A stretch of 64,000 nt of DNA from a virus: positions 11,870 through 75,869 of IMG/VR virus record IMGVR_UViG_3300037296_000046. One strand, 5' to 3'. A model generated the notes under the pieces. The model searched no databases. It was not told where the DNA came from and saw nothing but the letters and a program-made list of their open reading frames with translations. A program made the translations under genes and the position numbers. This document shows, piece after piece, positions 25,855 to 35,491 of this stretch (position 1 is its first letter; each line of letters starts with the position of its first letter).

Positions 25855-28490
25855 TGAAGTATCTGACCTTTGGTAAGACTGAGGCTACTCAGTACAAGAT
25901 TGCGATCTTGGCATCATCCCTGAACACCGCACAGTTCAATACCCACTACATTGAACCATACATGGAAGACTTTCGGGATGATGTAATTGCATACAGTCTT
26001 CACAAGTCAGGTAAGAAAACCTCTGTGGCAACACAGAAGGAATACCTAGAAGACCTATTGCCTGTCCTCATGGACCTTGGTGTCAAATATCTAGTCGTCA
26101 CAGATGGCGAGTACTTTAAGACACTCACAAAATCCTCCACAATTGATGCTTCCATTGGCTACGTCATGGATTGCATCGTGGGGGATTTTAAAATCGTTTA
26201 TGCTCCTAACTATGCTCAGGTCTTCTACGATCCTGACAAAGTTAAAGTCAAAATGGAACGTGGTTTCTCTGCTCTCAAGGATCATATGGCTGGCACCTAT
26301 GTCGATCCCGGAGATAGCATCATCCACTATGCTGATTATCCCAAGACACCTACTGAGATTAAAGCATGGCTGGACAAGCTCTTAGAGCTAAACCTACCCC
26401 TCACTGCTGACATCGAAGGCTTCTCCCTGAAGCACTATGATAGTGGCATTGGTTCCATTACATTCTGCTGGGGTAAGAATGAGGGTATCGCCTTCCCTAT
26501 TGATATTCGTGAAGCCTATGGACCTCTGAAACAGGGTCAAAAGCTAGAGCGATTTCATAACACAGAAGTGCGAGCACTTCTCAAGGATTTCTTTTTGAAA
26601 TTCAAGAACAAACTGATCTGGCATAACATTTCCTTTGACGTATACATTCTGGTTTACCAGTTGTTTATGGATCACCTTCTGGACACCGAAGGTCTACTAG
26701 AGGGAATGGATGTACTTCTTAACAATTGGGAATGTACTAAGCTAATCACCTACTTAGCTACGAATTCCTGTGCAGGAAACAAGCTGGGCCTCAAGTCTCA
26801 GTCACATGAATATGCAGGCAATTACGCAGTTGAAGACATCAAAGACATCACCAAGATACCCATTGATGAGTTGCTAGAATACAACTTGATCGACGGTCTA
26901 TCCACATGGTTCACCTACGATAAGCACTACGATACGATGATCGCTGACCAGCAAGAATCTATCTATGTGGACATCTTCAAGAAGTCGATCTTGGAGATTA
27001 TCCAGATGCAGCTAACAGGCTTGCCTGTTGATATGGCTCAGGTGATTAAGACATCTGACATTCTGGATGGTGAGAATAACATCGTCAAATCTAAGATGAT
27101 GAATTCGATGGTCGTCCAAGGGTTCACTCCCTACCTTCGTCAGAAGTGGATGGACACCATGCACTCTAAGTGGAAGGTGAAACGGATCACATTGGCTGAG
27201 GTTCCTGTTCGTAAGGAAACCACCTTCAATCCCGGCAGTCCTGTACAGCTTCAGAAGCTCCTCTTTGATGAGGACTTTATGGGTCTACCTGTTCTTGAAC
27301 TTACCGACTCCAAACAACCAGCTACAGGTGGTGATGTCTTAGAGAAGCTCAAGAACCATACGACCAACCCAGAATACCTAGCTTTTCTAGATTATCTGAT
27401 TGAGTACAAGACCCTCGCAATCATCATCAGCACCTTCATTCCAGCCCTCAAGAACGCCTCTCTGGCTCCTGATGGGTGGCACTACATGTTTGGCAGCTTC
27501 AACCTAGGAGGCACGCTCTCAGCCCGTCTGAGCAGCAGTAATCCTAACCTGCAAAACATTCCTGCCTCTGGTGCAACCAAGGCTAAGCAACGCTTGGCCA
27601 AGATGATCAAGAAGTGCATCAAAGCCCCTCCGGGCTGGCTTTTCGTGGGTTTAGATTTCTCGTCACTGGAAGACAGAATATCTGCCGTTACAACCCGTGA
27701 TCCAATGAAGCTGAAGGTCTACACCGATGGCTTCGATGGTCACTGTCTTCGGGCATATGCTTACTTCAGTGATCAGATGCCTGACATCATTGGGGATAGT
27801 GTCAAATCTATCAACTCTATTTCCAAGATGTATAAGCACCTTCGTCAGATCAGCAAGGCTCCAACTTTTGCCCTGACATACCAAGGCACCTATCACACGC
27901 TCATGGCTAACTGTGGGTTCAGTGAGGAACTGGCTAAGGCAATCGAGGCTAGTTACCACAAGCTGTACGTTGTCTCTGACGAGTGGGTGGCTGACAAGCT
28001 GAAGCAGGCAAGCAAAGACGGTTATATCACGGCAGCATTTGGTCTGCGTGTTCGTACCCCCTTGCTCAAGCAGGTGATTCTTGGCACCAAGTCCACTCCG
28101 TTCGAGGCAGCAGCCGAGGGACGGACAGCAGGTAACGCTCTGGGGCAGTCATGGGGTTTGCTCAACAACCGAGCAGCTTCAGAGTTTATGGCTAAGGTCC
28201 GTAAGAGCAAATACCGTCTGACAATACGTCCCTGTGCTCATATCCATGATGCTCAGTATTATATCATCAAGGATGATCTAGAGCATGTAGAATGGATGAA
28301 TACTCATCTCGTAAAAGCAGTCCAATGGCAGGAGCATCCTGACATTGCTAACGATGATGTGAAATTGGGTGGAGAACTTTCGATCTTCTATCCAGACTGG
28401 TCAGTAGAATTGGAAATTCCCAATGGTGCAGATCAGAATAAAATATCTGAAATGGCTGAACAGCATTACTTAGAGAAATGCGCAGCTTAA
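25854..28490 (+). CDS. family A DNA polymerase (N4 gp39-like)
   Basis: exonuclease DIE; RLSSSNPNLQN; motif A DFSSLEDR, B RQISKAPTFALTY, C IHDA. Confidence 0.96.
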   Translation: MKYLTFGKTEATQYKIAILASSLNTAQFNTHYIEPYMEDFRDDVIAYSLHKSGKKTSVATQKEYLEDLLPVLMDLGVKYLVVTDGEYFKTLTKSSTIDASIGYVMDCIVGDFKIVYAPNYAQVFYDPDKVKVKMERGFSALKDHMAGTYVDPGDSIIHYADYPKTPTEIKAWLDKLLELNLPLTADIEGFSLKHYDSGIGSITFCWGKNEGIAFPIDIREAYGPLKQGQKLERFHNTEVRALLKDFFLKFKNKLIWHNISFDVYILVYQLFMDHLLDTEGLLEGMDVLLNNWECTKLITYLATNSCAGNKLGLKSQSHEYAGNYAVEDIKDITKIPIDELLEYNLIDGLSTWFTYDKHYDTMIADQQESIYVDIFKKSILEIIQMQLTGLPVDMAQVIKTSDILDGENNIVKSKMMNSMVVQGFTPYLRQKWMDTMHSKWKVKRITLAEVPVRKETTFNPGSPVQLQKLLFDEDFMGLPVLELTDSKQPATGGDVLEKLKNHTTNPEYLAFLDYLIEYKTLAIIISTFIPALKNASLAPDGWHYMFGSFNLGGTLSARLSSSNPNLQNIPASGATKAKQRLAKMIKKCIKAPPGWLFVGLDFSSLEDRISAVTTRDPMKLKVYTDGFDGHCLRAYAYFSDQMPDIIGDSVKSINSISKMYKHLRQISKAPTFALTYQGTYHTLMANCGFSEELAKAIEASYHKLYVVSDEWVADKLKQASKDGYITAAFGLRVRTPLLKQVILGTKSTPFEAAAEGRTAGNALGQSWGLLNNRAASEFMAKVRKSKYRLTIRPCAHIHDAQYYIIKDDLEHVEWMNTHLVKAVQWQEHPDIANDDVKLGGELSIFYPDWSVELEIPNGADQNKISEMAEQHYLEKCAA

Positions 28491-28504
28491 AACGAGGAAA
28501 TACG

Positions 28505-28837
28505 ATGTCTACAGATAATAAACTGCACTACTTTATGGTAGCTGCCGATGTGGTCTATTCGCGCAAAGATAAGAACGATGTTGCTACCACCAAGAAGAAA
28601 ACCCTGAACTGTGTTGTGACCCACAACAAAAAGCTCATCACCTTCTCTCTGATGGAAGAAGCTCGCAAGGCTATCCTTCAGCGTTGCTTTGAGGAACTGA
28701 ACATTGAAGTCACTGACGTTGCTGACTTCATTTTCCTCAACTGGGTCTACATGGGCGTCATGTCTGATGCTGAATTCAATGACCACAAGCAGCATACGGG
28801 TGTGAAGAAGATCAAAGCAAACCCTTACGATAGCTAG
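28505..28837 (+). CDS. hypothetical protein (N4-like conserved)
   Basis: GAGGA RBS; synteny. Confidence 0.65.
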   Translation: MSTDNKLHYFMVAADVVYSRKDKNDVATTKKKTLNCVVTHNKKLITFSLMEEARKAILQRCFEELNIEVTDVADFIFLNWVYMGVMSDAEFNDHKQHTGVKKIKANPYDS

Positions 28838-28846
28838 GATTTAGTC

Positions 28847-29839
28847 ATGAAAGCCACCATCAAGAATCAAAATGGTATGAGCCTAGCTGCCGCTGTGTGG
28901 TTGGCTCATGACACCTACGACAATGGGGCTAGTGCAGCACCGGAACAGGATACTATTTCGGTCACTACCCTGTTGAAGCCTACTCGTGCTTTCATTCTGG
29001 CACAGCAGGTTGATCCAAACGATGAGAGCCAAATGCTCGATGTCACGGACATGATCCCTTCACGTCTAGGCCATGCTATCCACGATTCCATTGAGGATGC
29101 TTGGCGTAATGGGTATCGGAATTCTATGGCTAAACTGGGGTATCCTCAGAAAGCTATTGATGCTGTCCGTATCAATCCTGAAACAGATGATGGGACTATC
29201 TTTCCTGTCTATCTGGAACAACGGTTCTTCCGTGAGATTGATGGGGTAATCATCTCAGGTAAGTTTGACCAAATTATCAATGGTGATCTGGTCGATACCA
29301 AATCCACTTCGGTTTGGGCTTACATGAATGGTTCTAAACTTGAGGATTATATCCTTCAGTTGTCCATCTATCGTTGGATCAATCCTGATAAGGTCACATC
29401 TGATGTTGCCTATATTCAGCACGTCTTTACTGATTGGCAACGGAATCAAGTTGGAACCAATCCCAACTATCCCAAGTATCGTGTGACTGAAATCAAAGTC
29501 GAATTGATGACCATTGGTCAGACAGAGCGTTGGATTCGTACCAAGCTGGCTGACATCCGTAAGAATGGTCCACTCAAGCAAGAGTTCATGGTTCGTTGTA
29601 CTGACAAAGAGCTTTGGAAATCTGAACCTCAATACAAATACTATGCTGATCCTGCAAAGGCTGAGCTTGGGGGTCGATCCACCAAGAACTTTGATAGTTT
29701 TCATGCCGCCGATAAGCACCGAAAGGATGCGGGCAAAGGTGTTGTTGTAACCAAGCCCGGAGAAGTCAAAGCATGTCCATATTGCAAAGCCTTCTCTGTG
29801 TGTGAACAGAAAGATGAGTATTTCGATGTCGCTGCCTGA
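28847..29839 (+). CDS. PD-(D/E)xK/Cas4-like exonuclease (N4 gp42-like)
   Basis: GHAIH, E...SGKFD...DTK, QLSIY, C-terminal CPYC...C. Confidence 0.85.
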   Translation: MKATIKNQNGMSLAAAVWLAHDTYDNGASAAPEQDTISVTTLLKPTRAFILAQQVDPNDESQMLDVTDMIPSRLGHAIHDSIEDAWRNGYRNSMAKLGYPQKAIDAVRINPETDDGTIFPVYLEQRFFREIDGVIISGKFDQIINGDLVDTKSTSVWAYMNGSKLEDYILQLSIYRWINPDKVTSDVAYIQHVFTDWQRNQVGTNPNYPKYRVTEIKVELMTIGQTERWIRTKLADIRKNGPLKQEFMVRCTDKELWKSEPQYKYYADPAKAELGGRSTKNFDSFHAADKHRKDAGKGVVVTKPGEVKACPYCKAFSVCEQKDEYFDVAA

Positions 29840-31970
29840 TCTAGAAACGATTGACCATCACCCTGCGATTGAGGAAATCGTGGACGTGATGTGCAACAAG
29901 ACCCAGAACACTGATCGGGGTTTCTTCCGTGTAGAGGTGGCCTATTTTCTTGCGAAGATGGCCGCTTCTATGCGTTCTGAGATTCTGACTAAGGATCGGG
30001 GCAACATCCCTGTGAACGTCTATGCTCTTGCCATGGCTACATCTGGCTTTGGTAAGGGTCACAGTGTTCACATCATGGAAGAACAATTCATGAAGGGTTT
30101 CAAACGCCGTTTCATGGAGGATACATTTCCAACTATTGCTGACACTCATCTGTGGAAGCTGGCATTTCAACGTGCTGGCACAAACGGTACTGAGGAGCAG
30201 GAAGAACGGGATAAGCTAGAGAAAGAGTTTATCCAAGCTGGTGCATTGCCCTTCACTTTTGATAGTGGCACTGGTCCTGCCGTGAAGCAGCTTCGTCAGA
30301 AGTTGATGCTGGCAGACTGTGGGGCTGTGAACCTACAGATTGACGAGATTGGCTCTAACCTTGTCGGTAACGTCGAGGTTCTGACCATGTTCTTGGAGCT
30401 ATACGATCAAGGCTTGGTCAAACAGAAGCTCGTCAAGAACACCCATGACAACCAACGTGGGCAAGAGATGGATGGTAAGACACCAACCAACGCATTGCTC
30501 TTTGGCACCCCTTCTAAGCTCTTGGATGGGGGTCAGACTGAAGACCAGTTCTACTCCTTCCTTGAGACAGGCTACGCTCGTCGTTGTCTCTTTGGGTGGG
30601 GTGAGCATATCCCCTCTGAAATCGAACTGACACCCAAGGAGGTCTACGAACGCCTGATTGACACAGGTAACGTGACCACTGTGGACCGTTGGTCAGATCA
30701 CTTCGCTTTACTTGCTGACAGCACCAAATTTGGCTGGCAGATGAGTGTGAGCGATGAGGTAGGTGTTGCTCTCATCACCTATAAAATCCAGTGTGAGAAG
30801 CTGGCTGCCACCTACGCAGAGCATGAGGACATTCGTAAAGCTGAGATGTCACACCGATATTTCAAATGCCTTAAACTAGCAGGTGCGTTTGCCTTCGTGG
30901 ATCAATCATCTGACATTACGCTAGACCATCTCTACTCGTCCATGAAACTGGTCGAGGAGTCTGGCATAAGTTTCCAGCGATTGCTGACACGGGAAAAGAC
31001 CTACGTTAAATTGGCTAAGTTTATCGCATCCTCTACGGATGAATTGACCCATGCTGATCTACACGAAGCTCTGCCTTTCTATAAGTCCAGTCAATCTGCT
31101 CGTAATGAGATGATGACCATGGCTACTGCATGGGGCTACAAACAGCATATCGTCATCAAGAAGACATTCTTGGATGGTATCGAATTCTTCACAGGGGAAA
31201 CCCTTGAGGAAACTAATCTGGATGAGATGCTTATCAGTTACTCTGATAACTTCGCGTTCAACTATTCATTCGAGCGTCAGCCAATGAGTAGTATGCACCT
31301 ATTGACCCAATCCGTTGGGAACCATTGGTGTAATCACGGTTTCTCTAACAACCACCGTTCCGAGGAAAATGTAGTTCCCGGCTTTAACATAGTGGTTATT
31401 GACTGTGATGGTGGTGTCCAATTGTCGTTGGTCCATGAGCTTCTCAAAGAGTATGAGTTCATGACATACACCACTAAGAGCCATACTGAGGCAGAGAATC
31501 GGTTCCGACTGATGATCCCTATTAGCTATGTCCTTGAGTTGGATCGTGATGACTATAAAGAATTCATGAACAACATTATGGATTGGCTACCATTTCCTTC
31601 TGATGAAGCCGCTAACCAGCGATCTAAGAAATGGGAAACCTATTCAGGTGGCAAATACTCCGTGAACCATGGTGAGCTACTCGACCCTTTGAAGTTTGTA
31701 CCAAAGACCTCAAAGAACGAGCAGCACCGTACATCCATGACCAAGCTGGAAAGCCTAGACAACTTCGAGCGTTGGTTCGCATCACGGATTGCTAACGGCA
31801 ACCGTAACAACCAGATGATCAAGTTTGCATTAGCCCTTGTAGATCAAGGACTTAACTACAACGATGTCGAGAGTTGTGTCGTCAGTTTCAACAATAAGTT
31901 GGCCGATGGGCTGACTGAGACTGAGCTACGGAGCACCATCCTACAGACTGTTGCCAAGAAGTTTAGCTAG
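29826..31970 (+). CDS. DNA primase (N4 gp43-like)
   Basis: SGFGKG P-loop, DCD and YTTKSH...RFR motifs, C-terminal GNRNN (PriCT-like). Confidence 0.85.
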   Translation: MSLPDLETIDHHPAIEEIVDVMCNKTQNTDRGFFRVEVAYFLAKMAASMRSEILTKDRGNIPVNVYALAMATSGFGKGHSVHIMEEQFMKGFKRRFMEDTFPTIADTHLWKLAFQRAGTNGTEEQEERDKLEKEFIQAGALPFTFDSGTGPAVKQLRQKLMLADCGAVNLQIDEIGSNLVGNVEVLTMFLELYDQGLVKQKLVKNTHDNQRGQEMDGKTPTNALLFGTPSKLLDGGQTEDQFYSFLETGYARRCLFGWGEHIPSEIELTPKEVYERLIDTGNVTTVDRWSDHFALLADSTKFGWQMSVSDEVGVALITYKIQCEKLAATYAEHEDIRKAEMSHRYFKCLKLAGAFAFVDQSSDITLDHLYSSMKLVEESGISFQRLLTREKTYVKLAKFIASSTDELTHADLHEALPFYKSSQSARNEMMTMATAWGYKQHIVIKKTFLDGIEFFTGETLEETNLDEMLISYSDNFAFNYSFERQPMSSMHLLTQSVGNHWCNHGFSNNHRSEENVVPGFNIVVIDCDGGVQLSLVHELLKEYEFMTYTTKSHTEAENRFRLMIPISYVLELDRDDYKEFMNNIMDWLPFPSDEAANQRSKKWETYSGGKYSVNHGELLDPLKFVPKTSKNEQHRTSMTKLESLDNFERWFASRIANGNRNNQMIKFALALVDQGLNYNDVESCVVSFNNKLADGLTETELRSTILQTVAKKFS

Positions 31971-32101
31971 TATCTAACTAGCAAAACTGGTAGTATCTGT
32001 GGACTATCTTAGGGCTATTTGATTCGGTTTTTCGGGTATTACAATTCCCGTTTAAATCGGATTTGATAGCCCTTTCACACCCTGTCGAGAGAGCACACCA
32101 T

Positions 32102-32848
32102 ATGAGTGAAGATTCTGATACACTACCAGAGGTGAACATCAACGATCAGCTTGCTCTGATTTCTGGTGAATCTGCTTCTGGTAAGTCTGCATCACTCCGC
32201 GATCTACAAGATCAAGAAGGCGTAATGTATTTGAATTGTGAAGCTGGTAAACGGCTTCCATTCAAAAACGGTTTTCAAACTGCTGTCGTTACTGACCCTT
32301 ATCAGGTCTATTCGTCCATCGAATACGCAACTGGTAATCCTGACTTTCATACTATCGTTATTGATACGATCACATTCCTCATGGATATGTATGAGTCGAT
32401 GTATATCGTTGGTTCTTCCAACACTATGCAAGGTTGGGGTGACTACAATCAGTATTTCAAAAATCTGATGCAGGACTACGTTGCCAAGACAGATAAGAAC
32501 GTATTGATCCTTGGTCATACACGTTCTGAGACTGAAGGCATCGAAACAAAAACCTCTGTCCCCATCAAGGGTGCATTGAAGAACAATGGTATTGAAGCCT
32601 ACTTCTCTACTGTTGTCTCTGCGAAGAAGATCAAGATTAAAGATTTGGGTGAATACGACCCAGAGCTTTTACATGTGACTGAGGACGACACCGACCTTGG
32701 TTACAAGCACGTCTTCCAGACACGGCTTACCAAAGCTACTGTCGGGGAACGTATTCGTTCACCCATGGGCCTGTTCAACAAGCGTCAGACCTTTATGGAT
32801 AACGATGCCCAACTGCTGCTGAATCACCTTAAAGCCTACTACGGCTAA
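32102..32848 (+). CDS. Sak4-like ssDNA annealing ATPase (N4 gp44-like)
   Basis: GESASGKS, IVIDT, IRSPMGLF; synteny. Confidence 0.85.
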   Translation: MSEDSDTLPEVNINDQLALISGESASGKSASLRDLQDQEGVMYLNCEAGKRLPFKNGFQTAVVTDPYQVYSSIEYATGNPDFHTIVIDTITFLMDMYESMYIVGSSNTMQGWGDYNQYFKNLMQDYVAKTDKNVLILGHTRSETEGIETKTSVPIKGALKNNGIEAYFSTVVSAKKIKIKDLGEYDPELLHVTEDDTDLGYKHVFQTRLTKATVGERIRSPMGLFNKRQTFMDNDAQLLLNHLKAYYG

Positions 32849-32885
32849 TCGGCAGACAATTCAAAAAACTATACAGGAGTCCAAC

Positions 32886-33650
32886 ATGGACAATGTTTTC
32901 GGAAATATGAGCACTGAAGGCTACGGTACTGAGGAGGATCGCCTTGGTGGCGGTGGCACCGTAGAAACCGATTTCTACATCGGCAAGATCAAGATGGCCT
33001 ACGTTGGCAAATCCAAGGCTGAAGGCTCGAATTCGAGTGCTGTGGTTCTTGAGATTGACCTGCCACAAGGCAAAGGCGTCTTCAACTACCGTGAGTCGAT
33101 CTATGTGACCAACCGTGATGGTGTGAACACATACGACGACAAGAACCAAGCTGGTGTGAAGCACCTTCTTCCCGGCTGGCAGTCCATTGATGCTCTCTGC
33201 ATGATCGTCACTGGCTCTGACCTGAAGAACCAGACGATGGAAACCAAGTCCGTGGGTATCTACGACTTTGAATCCAAGAAGGACGTTGCCACAGAGGTTC
33301 CTGTGCTGACTGATCTGATCGGTCAGGAAATCGGTCTGGGTATCCTCAAGATTCTGGAAGACGTTCAGAAGAAAGAGAATGGCAAATACGTCAACACTGG
33401 TGAAACCCGTGAGAAGAACGAGATTGATAAGTTCTTCCACCCTGAATTGCTGATCACTCTGTCTGAGGGTCTTGCAGGTCAGGAAACCCCAACCTTCCAG
33501 CCAGCATGGCTTGAGAAGAACAAGGGTAAGACCAAGGACAAAACCGACAAAAAGGGCGGTGCCAAGAAAGGTGCTCCCGGAAAGCCAGATGCAGGCGATA
33601 AGTCTGCACCCGGAAAAGCTGCTGGTGCAGCACTGTTCGGCAAGAAGTAA
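32886..33650 (+). CDS. single-stranded DNA-binding protein (N4 gp45-like)
   Basis: DRLGGG N-terminus, LPGW, NEIDKFFH, terminal LFGKK; synteny. Confidence 0.85.
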   Translation: MDNVFGNMSTEGYGTEEDRLGGGGTVETDFYIGKIKMAYVGKSKAEGSNSSAVVLEIDLPQGKGVFNYRESIYVTNRDGVNTYDDKNQAGVKHLLPGWQSIDALCMIVTGSDLKNQTMETKSVGIYDFESKKDVATEVPVLTDLIGQEIGLGILKILEDVQKKENGKYVNTGETREKNEIDKFFHPELLITLSEGLAGQETPTFQPAWLEKNKGKTKDKTDKKGGAKKGAPGKPDAGDKSAPGKAAGAALFGKK

Positions 33651-33656
33651 ACACTA

Positions 33657-33690
33657 TAGAGAGGCTCTCAGAACGCTGGGAGCCTCTCTA
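33657..33690 (+). terminator. hairpin after SSB
   Basis: TAGAGAGGCTCTCAG/CTGGGAGCCTCTCTA stem abutting the next ATG; no T-tract. Confidence 0.55.
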
Positions 33691-34733
33691 TGATTCTGGA
33701 CCTACCTACCTCTGTTATGGTGTCAAAGAAGAAGAAATTCTATCTTAACCTTAACCAGTATCGTAATACTCACTTCACTGTATTGAATAATGCTAAGATT
33801 GCTTTCAGCAATATAGTGATTAAAAGAGTGCAAGCTCTGCCATCATATGATGTGATTAAACTTACCTATACACTGTTCCCCAAAACAAGAGCACTCTGTG
33901 ACGTAGCGAATGTATGTAGTATAGTTGATAAGTTCTTTTCTGATGTGATGACACACTGTGGTAGAATCCAAGATGACAACTACCTCTTTCTCCCTGAAGT
34001 AACCTATCGCTTTGGGGAGATTGATAAAGAGAACCCTCGTGTCGAAGTTCTAATTGAAAGTTTCAATACCACTATGACACAAATCACCGAAACACCCAAG
34101 GAGCCTGATCCAATGCGTACTACGCTTAATGATCAAGAAATCAAACTGGCAATTGCCGAGTTTGTTCAGAACCGTTTCAAAGGCACCATCAATGAAGCAG
34201 TAGAAATGATCGTCACATCTGACGAGAATGGCCTGTCTGCTACGATGGAGCTTACCCCTAATGCCATGGAGGGTAATGTAGCTGCCCCTTTGGCTCAATC
34301 GGTAGAGTCTGTGGTGCAAACTTCAGCCCCTACCCCAAACCCCGTAAAGGCAGAGAAGGCGGATACGAAGCCTACTTCTTCCCCGAAAGCTGAACCAAAG
34401 AAGCAGGAGGCTAAACCTACTGTGAAAAGCCTCTTTGGTAATCAGAAGAACAAGGCAGAAATCAGCGAAAGCAATGATGCTGCCAAGGCTGAAAACGCTG
34501 CTGCAAACATCTCTGCTGGGGATGACGTAGAGCGTGAAGACCCTAAGCAGGTTGAGGCTGAGGCACCTGAGACAGTAGCAGAGGAAGTCACTGAGACATC
34601 TGGTGCAACTGCTCAACAGCCCTACGCTGAAGACGATAACGAGCAAGAGGTGGACCCTGAAGCAGTGATGCAACAGGAAGAAGCCAAAGCTGAACAGCCA
34701 CGTCCATCCATTTTCGGCTTCGGTAAGAAGTAA
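33690..34733 (+). CDS. RusA-like Holliday junction resolvase fused to an acidic low-complexity domain
   Basis: NLNQYRN, DVANVCSIVDKFFSD, DDN motifs in the first ~125 aa. Confidence 0.75.
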   Translation: MILDLPTSVMVSKKKKFYLNLNQYRNTHFTVLNNAKIAFSNIVIKRVQALPSYDVIKLTYTLFPKTRALCDVANVCSIVDKFFSDVMTHCGRIQDDNYLFLPEVTYRFGEIDKENPRVEVLIESFNTTMTQITETPKEPDPMRTTLNDQEIKLAIAEFVQNRFKGTINEAVEMIVTSDENGLSATMELTPNAMEGNVAAPLAQSVESVVQTSAPTPNPVKAEKADTKPTSSPKAEPKKQEAKPTVKSLFGNQKNKAEISESNDAAKAENAAANISAGDDVEREDPKQVEAEAPETVAEEVTETSGATAQQPYAEDDNEQEVDPEAVMQQEEAKAEQPRPSIFGFGKK

Positions 34734-34735
34734 GA

Positions 34736-34921
34736 ATGGGGAACGCCAAGGCGATAATTCAAGCTGTAGTGGCATTGGTTATCATCTTGGCGATAGGGGT
34801 GGCTATATCTTTTGCAGCTACACTTATCGCTATTTTGGTAGTCCCTGCATTGATATTTGGAGCACTGTTCCTCATATTCAAATTGATGAACGACGACACA
34901 GAAACGAAGCCTCCAGAGTAA
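34736..34921 (+). CDS. small membrane protein
   Basis: two hydrophobic segments. Confidence 0.6.
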   Translation: MGNAKAIIQAVVALVIILAIGVAISFAATLIAILVVPALIFGALFLIFKLMNDDTETKPPE

Positions 34922-34936
34922 TCTGGGGGCTTTTTT
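34907..34936 (+). terminator. intrinsic terminator
   Basis: AAGCCTCCAGA-GTAA-TCTGGGGGCTT plus T-tract. Confidence 0.82.
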
Positions 34937-34950
34937 ATTAGGAGAATATC

Positions 34951-35409
34951 TTGAATAGACCAGTAACAAGGTTCATTTCATATGGTCAGCCTATCATGGA
35001 TTATGAAGGACAAAACATGATAGCCTTCTGGGCTATGAATAAACAAACAGAAAATCAACGATTAGCCTTTATGTCTTCTGATTCTATATTAGGAGCCAAG
35101 ACCTACAGTGCCTCAATAGATGAAGCAGAGCTAAACTCTACTTCACGAATCCTGACTGTAGAGGAACGAAATGGTATTTGGTATGCTGGATACCAGACAG
35201 TGCAGAAAGACTTTGAACAGCATCCATGGTTCATAGTCTCACCATTGACCGGACCACATTCCCTACATGATGCTGCTATGATGATCCTGAATGATCACCA
35301 TTTCAAAAACTTCTTTGGTGCATCTTCAGGTATGCCCCAAATAGATAATGTCTATGCTCGCTTTGAACATTACACCAAGCATTTGGATGCTAGAAAACGT
35401 GGACGTTAA
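34951..35409 (+). CDS. hypothetical protein
   Basis: AGGAG RBS before TTG. Confidence 0.6.
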   Translation: MNRPVTRFISYGQPIMDYEGQNMIAFWAMNKQTENQRLAFMSSDSILGAKTYSASIDEAELNSTSRILTVEERNGIWYAGYQTVQKDFEQHPWFIVSPLTGPHSLHDAAMMILNDHHFKNFFGASSGMPQIDNVYARFEHYTKHLDARKRGR

Positions 35410-35449
35410 AAACAAAAACCCTACCAGCATCACCACACTGGTAGGGTTT
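35408..35449 (-). terminator. terminator at the convergence point
   Basis: AAACCCTACCAG/CTGGTAGGGTTT stem; U-tract on the minus strand. Confidence 0.8.
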
Positions 35450-35491
35450 CAGGAAAGATATGCACGATGCCAACTGCATGGCTCATGTATA

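Noticed and set aside
10425-28490. Introns, inteins or homing endonucleases in nrdJ, helicase or DNA polymerase
   Set aside because: ORFs are continuous and of normal length; no splice-junction, HNH or LAGLIDADG motifs seen.
28847-29839. Cas4 as part of a CRISPR system
   Set aside because: Core N4-like replication exonuclease; no repeat-spacer array seen in the window.
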